A stretch of 64,000 bases of DNA from Candidatus Moanibacter sp. (GCA_965215885.1 CBDCEW010000087.1:36309-100308); one strand, 5' to 3'; shown: positions 51,160-62,146, numbered from the stretch's first letter. Numbers and translations are program-made. The notes: generated by a model from the letters alone, not told the origin.

Positions 51160-52104
51160 ATGGGTAAGACCGCTTTTATCTACCATCCCGACTATGTGTT
51201 GCACGACACCGGAAATTTCCATCCCGAAACTTCACTGCGGGCAAAGTTTATCTTTGAGCATATGAAATCCTCCCGCTCGGTTGAATTTCTGGATTTCAAG
51301 AAACCGAAAGCGGCGGCGACGCAGTGGGTAGAGAAGATTCATGCACCAGATCATTTAAGATTCGTGGAGGATGCTTGCGCACAGGGAAAGAAGATTGTGG
51401 ATCGCGGTGATACACGCTGTTGCCCGGATTCCTATCGAATCGCACTTCTGGCGGCCGGCGGGGCTCTGGCTGCTGTTGACGCAGTATTGCGTGATAACTA
51501 TCGGAATGCGTTTTCCTGCGCCCGACCGCCCGGACACCATGCCAGGCGGGGCGCTGCGATGGGTTTCTGTTTCTTCAATAATATCGCTATTGCAGCGCGT
51601 TATGCACAAAGCGAATACGGCCTCAATCGAATACTCATCGTAGACTGGGATGTTCATCATGGTAACGGCACTCAGGAAAGCTTCTACTCTGATTCAACAG
51701 TGCTCTTCTTCAGCACTCACCAGTATCCTTACTACCCGGGTTCAGGTGCGGCGGAGGAATCGGGATTGGATCTTGGAGAGGGTTACACGATCAATGTTCC
51801 CATGGCAATAGGGGCCGATATCAGAGAATATCGGAAGGCCTTCGATGAGGTATTGCAACCGGCCGCGGAGAGATTTCAACCTGAAATCATTCTTCTCTCA
51901 GCCGGTTTCGATGCGCACAGCGACGACCCACTGGCGGGTATCAATCTGCATGACCGGGACTTTGCCGAACTTACGAAGAAGCTTGTTGCGTTGGCCGATG
52001 AGCATTGCGAAGGTCGCATTGTATCGATCCTCGAAGGAGGTTACAATCTGAGGGCGCTCGCGCGATCCGTGGAATTACATCTTTCTGTACTGGGGGATGC
52101 CTGA
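51160..52104 (+). CDS. Histone deacetylase family protein
   Basis: HPE, RPPGHHA, GFCFFNN, DWDVHHGNGTQ, SAGFDAH and LEGGY. Confidence 0.95.
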   Translation: MGKTAFIYHPDYVLHDTGNFHPETSLRAKFIFEHMKSSRSVEFLDFKKPKAAATQWVEKIHAPDHLRFVEDACAQGKKIVDRGDTRCCPDSYRIALLAAGGALAAVDAVLRDNYRNAFSCARPPGHHARRGAAMGFCFFNNIAIAARYAQSEYGLNRILIVDWDVHHGNGTQESFYSDSTVLFFSTHQYPYYPGSGAAEESGLDLGEGYTINVPMAIGADIREYRKAFDEVLQPAAERFQPEIILLSAGFDAHSDDPLAGINLHDRDFAELTKKLVALADEHCEGRIVSILEGGYNLRALARSVELHLSVLGDA

Positions 52105-52183
52105 TTTATCCATGGAGGGAACCACTTTCGGGCAGCGGATTGATTGGTCGCAGCTCTCTGCCTCCCCTTCGATCCCTCGAATC

Positions 52184-53029
52184 ATGAATGAAAAGAGCTC
52201 AAGTCGAAAAACGAAATGGCCAGTCAAGGCCTATGCCAATCGCACTTTCTTGAATTGCTCCGAAGCGCGTTCCATCCGGGTGCAGTGTGAGTTGACGGAA
52301 CCGAAGCACCGGCTGCAGGAAAATGCCGTTCACAATACGATCGTCTTCTTCGGTTCTGCACGAATACAGAGTGAGGCCGTGGCGAGGGCTCACCTGGAGG
52401 AACTGGAACGTAAAGGACGTGCCGCGGAGACGCCGGAAGAGGAATGGAAGAGGGAACTAGGAATGGCGAGAAGCCGAGTCGAGATGTCCGCTTACTACGA
52501 GTACGCTCGAGCTTTGGCGAGGAGGCTTACGGAGTGGTCAATGAAAATTGAGAATCCTAAGCACCGGTTCGTCGTCTGTTCGGGTGGTGGGCCCGGAATT
52601 ATGGAGGCTGCCAATCGGGGAGCCGAAGAAGCGGGAGGAAAATCCATCGGTTTTGGGATAAGCCTGCCTTTCGAGCAGCAGAACAATCCCTATGTTACGA
52701 GGGAACTGAACTTTGAGTTTCACTACTTTTTCGTGCGTAAGTACTGGTTCCTCTATCATGCCGAGAGCCTCGTCGTTTTCCCGGGAGGTTACGGTACCAT
52801 GGACGAACTCTTTGAAATGCTTACCTTACTGCAAACCAACAAGATCGAAAAGTATATGCCTATTGTTTTGATCGGATCGGGATTCTGGAATGAGGTTGTC
52901 AATTTTGAAAGGCTTTGCGCCCACGGAGTGATTTCCGAAAATGATCTCAAGATGTTTAGAATCCTGGATTCTGTCGAGGAAGCGGAAGAATTTATCGTCA
53001 GCGAGTTGAGTAAGATTTACCTGAAATAA
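52184..53029 (+). CDS. LOG-family (TIGR00730-like) Rossmann-fold protein
   Basis: FFGSAR, GGGPGIMEAANRGA, FHYFFVRK and PGGYGTMDE. Confidence 0.92.
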   Translation: MNEKSSSRKTKWPVKAYANRTFLNCSEARSIRVQCELTEPKHRLQENAVHNTIVFFGSARIQSEAVARAHLEELERKGRAAETPEEEWKRELGMARSRVEMSAYYEYARALARRLTEWSMKIENPKHRFVVCSGGGPGIMEAANRGAEEAGGKSIGFGISLPFEQQNNPYVTRELNFEFHYFFVRKYWFLYHAESLVVFPGGYGTMDELFEMLTLLQTNKIEKYMPIVLIGSGFWNEVVNFERLCAHGVISENDLKMFRILDSVEEAEEFIVSELSKIYLK

Positions 53030-53077
53030 TCTGATTTGGATTGTGGGAATTCTAATTTGGGATTTTAGATATATCCT

Positions 53078-53419
53078 ATGGAAAAGCTGCAGGAAATGAA
53101 ATGCGAAGCGTGCCGGAAGGGCGCACCGGTAATATCTTCGGAGGAAATTGCAGAGATGCATCCCCAGGTGAGCCACTGGGAAATCGTTGAACGGGCGGAT
53201 ATCAGACGTTTGGAGAGGGTTTTCTCTTTCCGCAATTTCGCCGAAGCCCTGGAGTTCACTAACAAAGTGGGTGAGGTCGCCGAAACCGAAGGGCACCATC
53301 CGGCCCTGCTGACCGAATGGGGCAGGGTGACAGTGACTTGGTGGACGCACAAGATTCGCGGATTGCACCGGAATGACTTTATCATGGCCTCGAAAACAGA
53401 TCAGTCATTTTTGTGTTGA
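53078..53419 (+). CDS. phhB: Pterin-4-alpha-carbinolamine dehydratase
   Basis: [12 protein letters not shown] and [17 protein letters not shown]. Confidence 0.93.
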   Translation: MEKLQEMKCEACRKGAPVISSEEIAEMHPQVSHWEIVERADIRRLERVFSFRNFAEALEFTNKVGEVAETEGHHPALLTEWGRVTVTWWTHKIRGLHRNDFIMASKTDQSFLC

Positions 53420-53452
53420 ACAGTTCCGCGGGACCGCGACAATCAATGCAGC

Positions 53453-53479
53453 ATATCAACTATATCAACTATATCAACT
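53453..53479. repeat. Three perfect 9-bp direct repeats (ATATCAACT)
   Basis: Directly visible, ending just upstream of the GAGG ribosome-binding site of the lipoprotein gene. Confidence 0.85.
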
Positions 53480-53492
53480 AAATCGAGGAAAA

Positions 53493-54815
53493 ATGAAAAA
53501 GAATCTTATACTCTTAAATTCGCTACTGTGTGCTGTCTCAGTTTTCTTTATCTCATGTGGAGAGTCAGAACACGAACATCCAACAGATACCGGTTCGGAA
53601 CATCCTACCGACACGGCAGAACCGGCCGCGGAAGAACATCCCGCCGAGCCTGCCACGGAAGAACATCCTGCTGAGCCTGCCGCGGAAGAGCATCCTGCTG
53701 AGCCTGCCGCGGAAGAGCCTGCCGCGGAAGAGCATCCTGCTGAGCCTGCCGCGGAAATCCTGCATCCTGCTGAGCCTGCCGCGGAAGAGCATCCTGCTGA
53801 GCCTGCCGCGGAAGAACATCCTGCTGAGCCTGCCGCGGAAGAACATCCTGCTGAGCCTGCCGCGGAAGAGCATCCTGCTGAGCCTGCCGCGGAAGAACAT
53901 CCTGCTGAGCCTGCCGCGGAAGAACATGAGCCTGCCGCGGAAGAGCATCCTGCCGCGGAAGAACATCCTGCTGAGCCTGCCGCGGAAGCTGAGCCTGCCG
54001 CGCGAAGGAGCCTGCCGCGGAGAGCATCCTGCTGAGCCTGCCGCGGAAACATCCTGCTGAGCCTGCCGCGGAAGAGCATCCTGCTGAGCCTGCCGCGGAA
54101 GAACATCCTGCTGAGCCTGCCGCGGAAGAACATCCTGCTGAGCCTGCCGCGGAAAGAGCATCCTGCTGAGCCTGCCGCGGAAGAACATCCCGCCGAGCCT
54201 GCCGCGGAAGAGCATCCTGCTGAGCCTGCCGCGGAAGAGCATCCTGCTGAGCCTGCCGCGGAAGAGCATCCTGCTGAAGAAAAGGAGGCCGCTGCAAAAG
54301 CAGAAGAACATCCTGAGGAGAAGGCAGAGCCGTCCGCCGAACATCCTGAGGAGAAGGCGGAGGCGTCCGCTGAGGAACCGGCCAGCAGTGAGGAACATCC
54401 CGAAAAGACAGAGGAACAGTCCGCGCAAGAGTCGGAGCATCCCGAACAGACGAAGATAGAGCGAAAGGCGGTTACGAAAGCTGATATTTTTGCCGGTATC
54501 AGTGCCCACATTAAGAATAAGGCAAAAGAAGGGAATGGAAAGTATCGGATGGATTACGAAAAGAGGGAATTGGCTCTTAGCTTGATCCTGGTCCATCTGG
54601 ATAAATTGGCTCGGCTGAAAAATGGATTGTTTTTCGCCTGCACTGACTTTCAAGGCGACGACGGAAACACCTACGACGTAGATTTCTATCTTAAGGGTCG
54701 ACCCGGCGCTATGGTAGTTACTGAGGCAATGGTTCATAAGGTTAACGGGAATCGACTCTACAAATGGAAGCAGGAAGGGGACGGCAATTGGAGTCGAGTC
54801 GCTGCGGAGGAGTAA
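53493..54815 (+). CDS. Lipoprotein with (AEPAAEEHP)n stalk and C-terminal globular domain; compensating indels inside the repeat
   Basis: Signal peptide ending FISC, then EHP repeats. ORFs 53493-54035 and 54549-54815 are in the same frame, and four indels at about 54002-54155 sum to zero. Confidence 0.8.
53619..54277 (+). repeat. 27-bp coding tandem repeat, about 25 units
   Basis: Unit GAGCCTGCCGCGGAAGARCATCCTGCT, with some shortened units. Confidence 0.95.
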
Positions 54816-55035
54816 GTTCTTGAACATTTATTCGCCGTTCGGGGTCATGCCCTTAAGAAGTGGCTATTTTTCCGCTTCGCTTAGGGGGTCAGGCCTTACA
54901 AACCACCCTTCTCCCGCTCAGCGGGATCCGGGCAATTTATTAAGGCGGCTGACCCCGAAAAACAGACACTTCTAAGGCTTGACCCCTTGCTTCCAACATC
55001 GAACTAAGGCATTTTCCATCACGCTAAACACGTAC
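54814..55035. mobile_element. Second, inverted and one-end-truncated copy of the 41287-41569 MITE
   Basis: Reverse-complement match to about 41287-41537 except for a different central hairpin. Ends CATCACGCTAAACACGTAC. Confidence 0.88.
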
Positions 55036-55055
55036 AAGCCCGGCAGGCTGCCAGG

Positions 55056-56015
55056 ATGAACGCGAGGGAGCTTTTCCTTGCCGGTTTCTTGATCGGCGCA
55101 GCTTCTTCAGGATCAAGTGCCACCCCGGCGGCAACTCACGACGCGAGTATTCTCAGAGAGAAGGACTCGTTTGAGTTTGTCTATCGAGTGGAGGTTCCCG
55201 TGCTCGAAAATGAGGCCTATCTCTGGCTGCCATTCGCTACCTCCGACGCCTTTCAGGAGGTAAAGTTGATAGCGATCGATGCGCCGCTCGAATGGCGTGA
55301 GATCGAGGATCGGCATTACAAAAACCGGCTCCTTTTCTTTGAGTTGAGTCCAGAGACGAGCCGCGTGGAGATCGTTGTCCGTTATCAGGTCGAAAGACGT
55401 GAAAAGTCATCCTACCGGGCCGAAGAACGCGATCTGGAGCGGTATCTCGAACCGGAACGGTTGGTGCCGCTGCACGACCGGTTCAGGCGTTTGGCAGAAA
55501 AGGCAATTTATGGGAAAACCAGTCAGCGCCAACAGGCCTTAGCCCTCTATAATCACGTTCTTGGGATATTTCGTTATGATAAGAGTGGCGTGGGTTGGGG
55601 GCGTGGTGATGCTCTCTATGCGTGCGATATAAAAAGTGGAAACTGCACCGATTTCCACGCCTATTTTATCGGATTATCCCGCTCTGTTGGAATTCCCGCC
55701 CGCTTCGCAATCGGCGCGACAATTCCGGCAGGGAAGAGTGAAGGAAGAGTCAATGGTTATCATTGCTGGGCGGAGGTTTATGCGGATGGAGAGTGGGTGC
55801 CGGTTGATATCAGTGAGGCTTGGAAGAATCCTGCTCTGGCGAGCTATTATTTTGGAAATCAACCCGCCAACCGTTTCGAATTCAGCCTGGGGCGTGATTT
55901 GGTAGTCGAACCGCTTCCGGCCAATGGCCCGATCAACTTCCTTATGTATCCGATTCTCGAGGTCAATGGTAAGGCGCAGATCCTCATCCCGGACCTCTCC
56001 TTCAAAAGAAGCTAG
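55056..56015 (+). CDS. Secreted transglutaminase-like domain protein
   Basis: Catalytic triad GNCTDFH, YHCWAE and WVPVD. Signal-like N-terminus. Confidence 0.9.
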   Translation: MNARELFLAGFLIGAASSGSSATPAATHDASILREKDSFEFVYRVEVPVLENEAYLWLPFATSDAFQEVKLIAIDAPLEWREIEDRHYKNRLLFFELSPETSRVEIVVRYQVERREKSSYRAEERDLERYLEPERLVPLHDRFRRLAEKAIYGKTSQRQQALALYNHVLGIFRYDKSGVGWGRGDALYACDIKSGNCTDFHAYFIGLSRSVGIPARFAIGATIPAGKSEGRVNGYHCWAEVYADGEWVPVDISEAWKNPALASYYFGNQPANRFEFSLGRDLVVEPLPANGPINFLMYPILEVNGKAQILIPDLSFKRS

Positions 56016-56220
56016 CAATTTGTCGGTCTTAGCTATCCATGATACGCGAAGTTCGGTTAATAGGAGAACGTTTGGAAAATCGAGCCAGATCAGACCGACA
56101 GATTGCTAGGCGCTCTTCTGCGAAGAGCAAAGAGGGTGGCGCGGGATTGACCGAAATATAGTAACACTGTCTCGAATCCTTGTCGGATCTTTTCCCGCAG
56201 TCCCGAATAGTGAAACTTTG

Positions 56221-56305
56221 ACCCAACCCACCTCCAGGAGAGGATCTTTTCATTTAGGCGCTCATTGGTCAAATTCCCCTCCTGCGGAGGGGTTAGGGGT
56301 GGGTT
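56221..56305. repeat. REP-like palindromic element
   Basis: CCCCTCC-TGC-GGAGGGG-TTAGGGGTGGGTT and an upstream AACCCACC arm, between convergent genes. Confidence 0.5.
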
Positions 56306-56482
56306 TCTTCTTAGGAAGTACGGCCCCCTGTGCGTTATGGCCGGATCGAACCGGTTTGAAACTTGACGCAGGAATTACTGCCCAAATGGTGAATGAGTTA
56401 GAAACCCCGCAGGTTGTATGTGGCGGATATCTTTGGCGTCGGTTGATGTCGGGTTGGTAAGATCCGCGATCTTTCGACCTCT

Positions 56483-59202
56483 CTACTGCGCGGGCAGACG
56501 CACGTTTGAATACTGGGGTCCGAGTTTCTCGCCATCGAGAATCAGGAGGTTTTTGGCACGGAGATCATAGGACTGTGAAAGATCCAGGCGCGATCAAATT
56601 CAAGAATAACGCCGGGATCTGTCCCGCGGTTGATTTTTACACCAATGACCTTAACTCCACCGCTGATTTCGTAATTCTCCGGATTGATGGCCGGGCCTTC
56701 CTCGACATCAAGGGTGAACGCTACAGACAGGTGTTTACCTCCATCAAGGCGGCGCGGATAGATGATGTCGAGAGAGAGTCCGCCAAGCGACAATCCGCAC
56801 ATATCGAATCGGCTCGAATCGGAACTCGCGTTGCCGACGACGTCCTCGACCCCTTCAATCGCTACTTCATAGGAATAGGTCTCGACGAGTTCTTCGCTCG
56901 GATAGAGGACGACCTCGCGTAGTTCTCCAAGTGTGTCGGCGCCCAACTCCGAATTTTCCAGACTGATTTCCCGATTACCGCGGACATCCCGTAATTTGAA
57001 ACGATCTTTCGCTCCCGAGGAAGCCGAGAGTTCTTCATTAAAAATCAGAACGATGCTGCCGTCATCGGTGCAGCTCGAAATTCCTGTGATTTCAGGCGGA
57101 TCACGATCGACCCTACCTGTAAAGGAAAAATCGGTCCTGAGAGACTCCTCGACCGAAGCCACGTTGGGAGGAAAAGATCGATCCGCGATGCGCGCAACGG
57201 AAAGCGAGTAGGACACTCCAGCGGCCATCGCCTGGGATTTAAGGATTGCGGTCTTTCCGTCCTCGCTCAAGTCCGCATCGTAAATGGCGAGACCATCCAC
57301 CGCGAATGAGCTGGACGGGGGATCGGCAAGCAACCGGACAGGCTCATTAAATCGCACTTTCAACTCGGTCTGCCGATGGTCGGCGACGACCTCGGCAACG
57401 CGGGGTGGGATCCTGTCAATGTAAGAGAACTCCTCTCTGTAGGCCGGAATCGGATTGGCCGGTTCAGCACGATCGGACAGATTGTCGATTTGAAGCGTAT
57501 AGCGTTCACCGTCCGCCATTTCGCTGAGCATATTCAGGGTGACCTGATTACCCTCACGAGCGAGGCGAGCGCTCTGGGGATGTTCGCCTGCGACTTTGTA
57601 GTTGGCTTCAAGCGTCGCCTCTCTGCTGGCTAACGGTTCACTGAAGAATAGCACCAACTGATGGCTGCTTTCACCGGAGGCGGATACTTCCACGACCTCG
57701 GGCGGTAAGGTATCCAAATACGAGAAGGGGTAGGTTGTGTTGGCTTCTATCGAATTCCCAGCCCGATCGGTTACTCCCCGGATCTTCATGATGTACTTCT
57801 GAGTGGGGTTGAGAGCGGATGTTGCAAGAATGACCTGAGTTCGGTCTTCCGGGTTGATGGTGCGCTCAAGGATTTCAACTTCTCCGCCCTCGATCGCGAA
57901 TCGATCCGCCTCGTTGATCGATTTTTCATCAATTTCTTCGCTGAATCGGATTGTTACCCGGGTGGGCTCGTTTTCGGCATTGACAGCGGGATCTTCAGCG
58001 AGCGTAGGAGCTACCTTGTCGCGAAATACGTCAAAGAGGTAGGAAGCGAGACCAATCGCTATCACTGCTGCGACAATTCCAATAGCAGTGAGCTTGGCGA
58101 CCGGCAGGGTACGCTTGTCGAGCTTATCGGCCACCGTATCCAATGTTTCCACACCGGTGACGGTCTTTTCAGGCCGAGGGGGGATATTGAGCTTTTCGTC
58201 GTCGACAAGGGGAAGGCACTTTTCCTCCTCGTCCCGATCGTCCAAAATGATGACCAGTCTCTTACCAAAAATAGACCCGACAGCAGAAAAGCTTTCCGGC
58301 GATTCATCGGGATCGGCGAGACGAAACCTGCGGCGGTACTCCTTTTCTACCTAGTCGAGCGATTCATTTTCGGGATGAGCCTTTTCGTAGAACTCAACGG
58401 CCGCTCTTCGAAAAGCCTTTGCCTGTCCAGGCATGATGCTCTTCAAGGGTTTAAGCGCCTTAGCGCCGATCGTCTCAAAGCGGTTCTCGACAGTGACGAG
58501 GTCGCCATCCTCGGTGCGATTGACTTGAAAGAGAAATCTCGAAAGAGGCGCCTGTGTATCCATCAGGCGTTCGAAAGTGTCTTTGCGCATCGCGGCCCAG
58601 GGAGTGATCCGTTCCCTCAGCCGTTCCGAAATGGTGGCGGCTTGCGCGCCCCCATCGGCGGCGGATGGAATACTCAAACGTTCGTCGCGAATGAGAGCCA
58701 GAGAACTGAACTCCTTCTGCTCGCAACCCCAAAGGATCAGAAGACGCGGCGCATACCGGGGACCGTAGACCCAATACGCATCCGGTTCGAGTTCGGGGTC
58801 CGGAAGTTTGAAGAACTTCCGCAGCTCTTTTTCGTGTCCGGGTATATTTTCGGCCTCTGGATAAGCCTTTTCATAAAAGCCGCGGGCCGCCTCCTCAAAT
58901 GCTTCGATCTCGCTTAGCGGCAGGTCCTCCATCTGCCGGAGATCCTCGGAGGCGTAGGCCGCCAGATCGAATTTAAGGGTTCGATCTCTTCCGGATTCAA
59001 TCAGGGTTCCCCTTGCCAGGAAGCGTGCCAGAGGCTCCCTCAGAGAAGTGAGAATCCGGTAATTCTCTTTTTCGAGGTAATGGTGAACTCGATCAGGAGC
59101 GCGGACCAGAAAGTAAGGTCTCCGTATGTCACGGGTAAGGGGAACGTTCTCGGGTAACTGGGGCGTATCCTCGGGTCCCTTATCGCCGTCTCTGGAAGCC
59201 AT
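56483..59202 (-). pseudogene. SrfA-like protein (two internal repeats) + TM helix + five Ig-like repeats; interrupted by an in-frame TAG and a 3' frameshift
   Basis: ORFs 58351-59202 and 56542-58245 are in frame across TAG 58351-58353 with no other stop. LPDP..YWVYG..LLILWGC resembles the SrfA N-terminal motif. DxxPP-initiated Ig-like units follow. One extra base near 56587 gives the ending DLSQSYDLRAKNL...PAQ* at 56483. Confidence 0.7.
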
Positions 59203-59206
59203 CGAT

Positions 59207-62146
59207 CTATCGGTTTACGGTAACTTTTTCCCGGATATCGAGCTTCGGATCATCGAGCCAGAAACTGTGCTCCATCATGGTGTTCAGTGTCAAACTGACC
59301 TCCGATGGACTTACTGGATGCGCCCCCGGCGCCGGTCTCATATCGACCAGTTCGAGCTTCTCCCCCTCGCCCCTTCGGGAGACCCAGCGCAACGTGACTT
59401 CGGCATGCACTTCACCGATGCGAGATGCCTCAGGATGATCCCACTTCAAACGGTAGACGGGTTCCGGAGCTATACCCTTTACCCGCTCGCGCTGTCGGCC
59501 GATGCGGCAATTAAGAGGAAGGGTAAACGTCTTTTCGACGAATACTTCATTCGGATCGGTACGGTCGCCCCTCGGGTAATCGGACGGGCGGAAAAGTAAA
59601 TTCTCGTGATGATAGAAGTCCTCCGAGAGGCCCGCCGAAGAGATAATTCCCCAGCGGTAATCGCGCGAAGGGGCGCGCGTCGCCTCGTCGAGGACCGTGA
59701 AACCCTCGAGGTTGCCATTACAGATATCCTGATAGAGTGCGGCGCCCACCACGGTACACGTCTTCGCATCCATGATCTTACCCTCCTCGATTGAACTGAA
59801 GGGATACCATTCGCCGGCCGGAAAATTCTTCACTCGAATGATGCGTTGGGGAAGCAGGGGAATCGCCTTGGTGAGCAATTGCCTCAGCCGGGGGAGTTCC
59901 GAAGGTTTTCCGGAAATAATGACGAGGTCACAGTTGAAACGCATCACCTGCCGGCCGAGCGAATTAAAAAGCTTTTCGAAGACCTCATCGATACAGTTCT
60001 CGAGGCGCTCCCTGCTGCACTTCAGTTCGGCCTGAGGTTTGAATGGCACACCGTCCCACTCCCTCGCATTCGGTATTTTTCGACGGAAGATCTCGCGTAT
60101 CAGTTTGTTGAGATCGTTTTCCAGAGTGGGATGATCGATATAGTCGCTGACGCGGAGGGGTTCCCATGGGGCATCGTGCTTTCCTTCGATGTAGGTCAGT
60201 CGGCGAAGCCATTCATTGGCGATTGGAATAAATACGAGGCGAATGATACGTTTCAGCCGCTCTTGCGCCCGCGGATCGATATCGCGAAATTCCTGATTTC
60301 CAGGCGAAAGAAAGAAACGCATGATCCAGTCCCTGGCCTCTGGCAGGCGATCAAACTGACCCTCTTCGGACTCTTCGATCCATGTGGGCAGAATGATACT
60401 CTCTATGATGGTCTTTACGAGAGCATCTCCGGCAATCGTGTTGCCGTCCCGAAAAAGCAGGTTTGGCTGGAGGCTGACCGTCTTGCTGCGGACCTGCTTT
60501 TTCTGATTGTATTCGATAACTGCGACGTCTGTCGTTCCGCCACCGACATCGATGTTCATGACGACGATCCTGTCTTCCCTGCCGTATAGATCGAACCAGG
60601 TCTCCCCGTCTCCCATCAGGCTGCTGATATCCGAGTAAAGGATCGGCAATTGGGAGCAGACCGCCTCGTCGAGCGGCTTGTCGACAAGGAGGGGGCGATT
60701 GCCTCCTCTGCGGTGGTCGCTCGGGTCGACCGGCCCGTGATTCTGAAAATGCGTAAGGGTGAAAATATTGATCGCCCGCTCCCACTGGCGGAAGTATTCG
60801 GTCCTCTCTTCGTGGGTCCAGCCGGAAGGGTAGGTTACGCGAATATTACAGAGTCTTCGCGGCAACCGCTTGCGTCCCGTGGAATCGAGATAAACGGCCG
60901 AATTGATCTGCCGGTGGGCGGCTTCGATTATGGCGAGGGCGTACCAGCATATCGAGTCCCGCCTTGGATAGGAGGCCGGGGCTTCCAGATAGGGTTTTTT
61001 GAATTCCTCTTCGGTCGGCGGATTGTCAATATCCCAATCGACTCCACTGGGATCCATGTAGACCCGGATGAGACCTGACAACTGGTCAAAAAAGCCCGTC
61101 AGCTCGGGATCTGTATCATTCGGTATCTGGGACCAGTAATTGCCTCCGGAATGACCCACCGCTTCATCATCCCAGACATAGCGTTTAGGTGAGCTGAGAT
61201 AGAAACGGACGTCTTCGTCGAGCGGCACCTTGGAGAAAATGCTGGCCGCGCCGTGCTGGGAACGGCCGCCGCCGATCAGGGCCGGCGAAATCTCAACAAA
61301 GGTCTGTGGAAAATAACGCTTGTTTCCGTAGACGGTAACTTCCTTATCTTCCATTCCCGGCAGTTTCACCGCTTGCATCTCCCAGGTATCGACTAAGGAG
61401 TCCTCGCTCACGGGAGGTTCCAGGCCCGCGAAGATAGGGCGGTGCAGGATCATCCACGAATCGATGATTGAACATTTATCTTCGGATACGCCATACTCCG
61501 TCGCGAAGCTGCGGTTTTCATAGGAGCTTCCTCGTGGCAGGAAGCGAAGAATCCTCAGGCGCTTTCCAAAGGGAATGGGTTCCTGGCCGCACGACTCGAG
61601 AAGGAGGGCGACGGTGCGGGTATTACCGAGATCGATGATCAGGTCGACGTCGATCGGATCCCGCCCGTCCGGCATGGCCCAGTGTATGCTGAGGCGGCTC
61701 TTCGTATCGCTCTCCATGAGAGAGATCTGCCGGCCATCCCTGGAGGGCAGGAAGAGAAGGGGAATCAATCTCTCGCGGCCACAGTCCTCGACAATTTGAG
61801 CTTCGTCGCGGAAGGCGTAGGGATTTACCGGTTCATCCCCAAATCGAGCGGGTTTCTCTTGATGCTCGTCGACCTCAAAAAGCAGGCCTCTCGAAGAGTC
61901 TCCCAGGTTGGTTTCGACGGCGATTCGAATAATGGGAGTGCCGTCGTCGTCAAAACCATACTGATAACGAATATAAGGATAGACCGGATCCCACATGGCC
62001 CAGGGGGCGTAGTTTTTATTGACGAATTCTCCGAGCCACTCTTCGTCCCGATTGGGCAGGACCGCACTCAGCGGCACGGCAAAGAACTGGTGGCCGCTAT
62101 TGTGAAAGACCTCGAGAACGGTCGTATTGTCCGGGCCCTCACTCAT
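59207..62146 (-). CDS. srfB: SrfB-family protein (actin/Hsp70-like ATPase fold)
   Basis: NSGHQF, VDLIIDLGNTRT, LSSPKRYVWD, TYPSGW, DEAVCSQ, IDVGGGTTD, SGKPSELP and DAKTCTVVGA. Start at ATG 62146 overlapping the upstream gene's end. Confidence 0.88.
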   Translation of the reverse strand: MSEGPDNTTVLEVFHNSGHQFFAVPLSAVLPNRDEEWLGEFVNKNYAPWAMWDPVYPYIRYQYGFDDDGTPIIRIAVETNLGDSSRGLLFEVDEHQEKPARFGDEPVNPYAFRDEAQIVEDCGRERLIPLLFLPSRDGRQISLMESDTKSRLSIHWAMPDGRDPIDVDLIIDLGNTRTVALLLESCGQEPIPFGKRLRILRFLPRGSSYENRSFATEYGVSEDKCSIIDSWMILHRPIFAGLEPPVSEDSLVDTWEMQAVKLPGMEDKEVTVYGNKRYFPQTFVEISPALIGGGRSQHGAASIFSKVPLDEDVRFYLSSPKRYVWDDEAVGHSGGNYWSQIPNDTDPELTGFFDQLSGLIRVYMDPSGVDWDIDNPPTEEEFKKPYLEAPASYPRRDSICWYALAIIEAAHRQINSAVYLDSTGRKRLPRRLCNIRVTYPSGWTHEERTEYFRQWERAINIFTLTHFQNHGPVDPSDHRRGGNRPLLVDKPLDEAVCSQLPILYSDISSLMGDGETWFDLYGREDRIVVMNIDVGGGTTDVAVIEYNQKKQVRSKTVSLQPNLLFRDGNTIAGDALVKTIIESIILPTWIEESEEGQFDRLPEARDWIMRFFLSPGNQEFRDIDPRAQERLKRIIRLVFIPIANEWLRRLTYIEGKHDAPWEPLRVSDYIDHPTLENDLNKLIREIFRRKIPNAREWDGVPFKPQAELKCSRERLENCIDEVFEKLFNSLGRQVMRFNCDLVIISGKPSELPRLRQLLTKAIPLLPQRIIRVKNFPAGEWYPFSSIEEGKIMDAKTCTVVGAALYQDICNGNLEGFTVLDEATRAPSRDYRWGIISSAGLSEDFYHHENLLFRPSDYPRGDRTDPNEVFVEKTFTLPLNCRIGRQRERVKGIAPEPVYRLKWDHPEASRIGEVHAEVTLRWVSRRGEGEKLELVDMRPAPGAHPVSPSEVSLTLNTMMEHSFWLDDPKLDIREKVTVNR

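Noticed and set aside
53619..54277. CRISPR array, or real genes in the alternative and antisense frames (53474-54511, 53565-54827, 53605-54297)
   Set aside because: Head-to-tail 27-bp coding repeat. The other long frames are by-products of a stop-poor repeat.
46496..58353. Genome-wide TAG reassignment suggested by two in-frame TAGs
   Set aside because: TAG ends many genes at their expected C-termini (e.g. 30424, 39106, 43315, 51001, 56015), and no pyl genes were seen.
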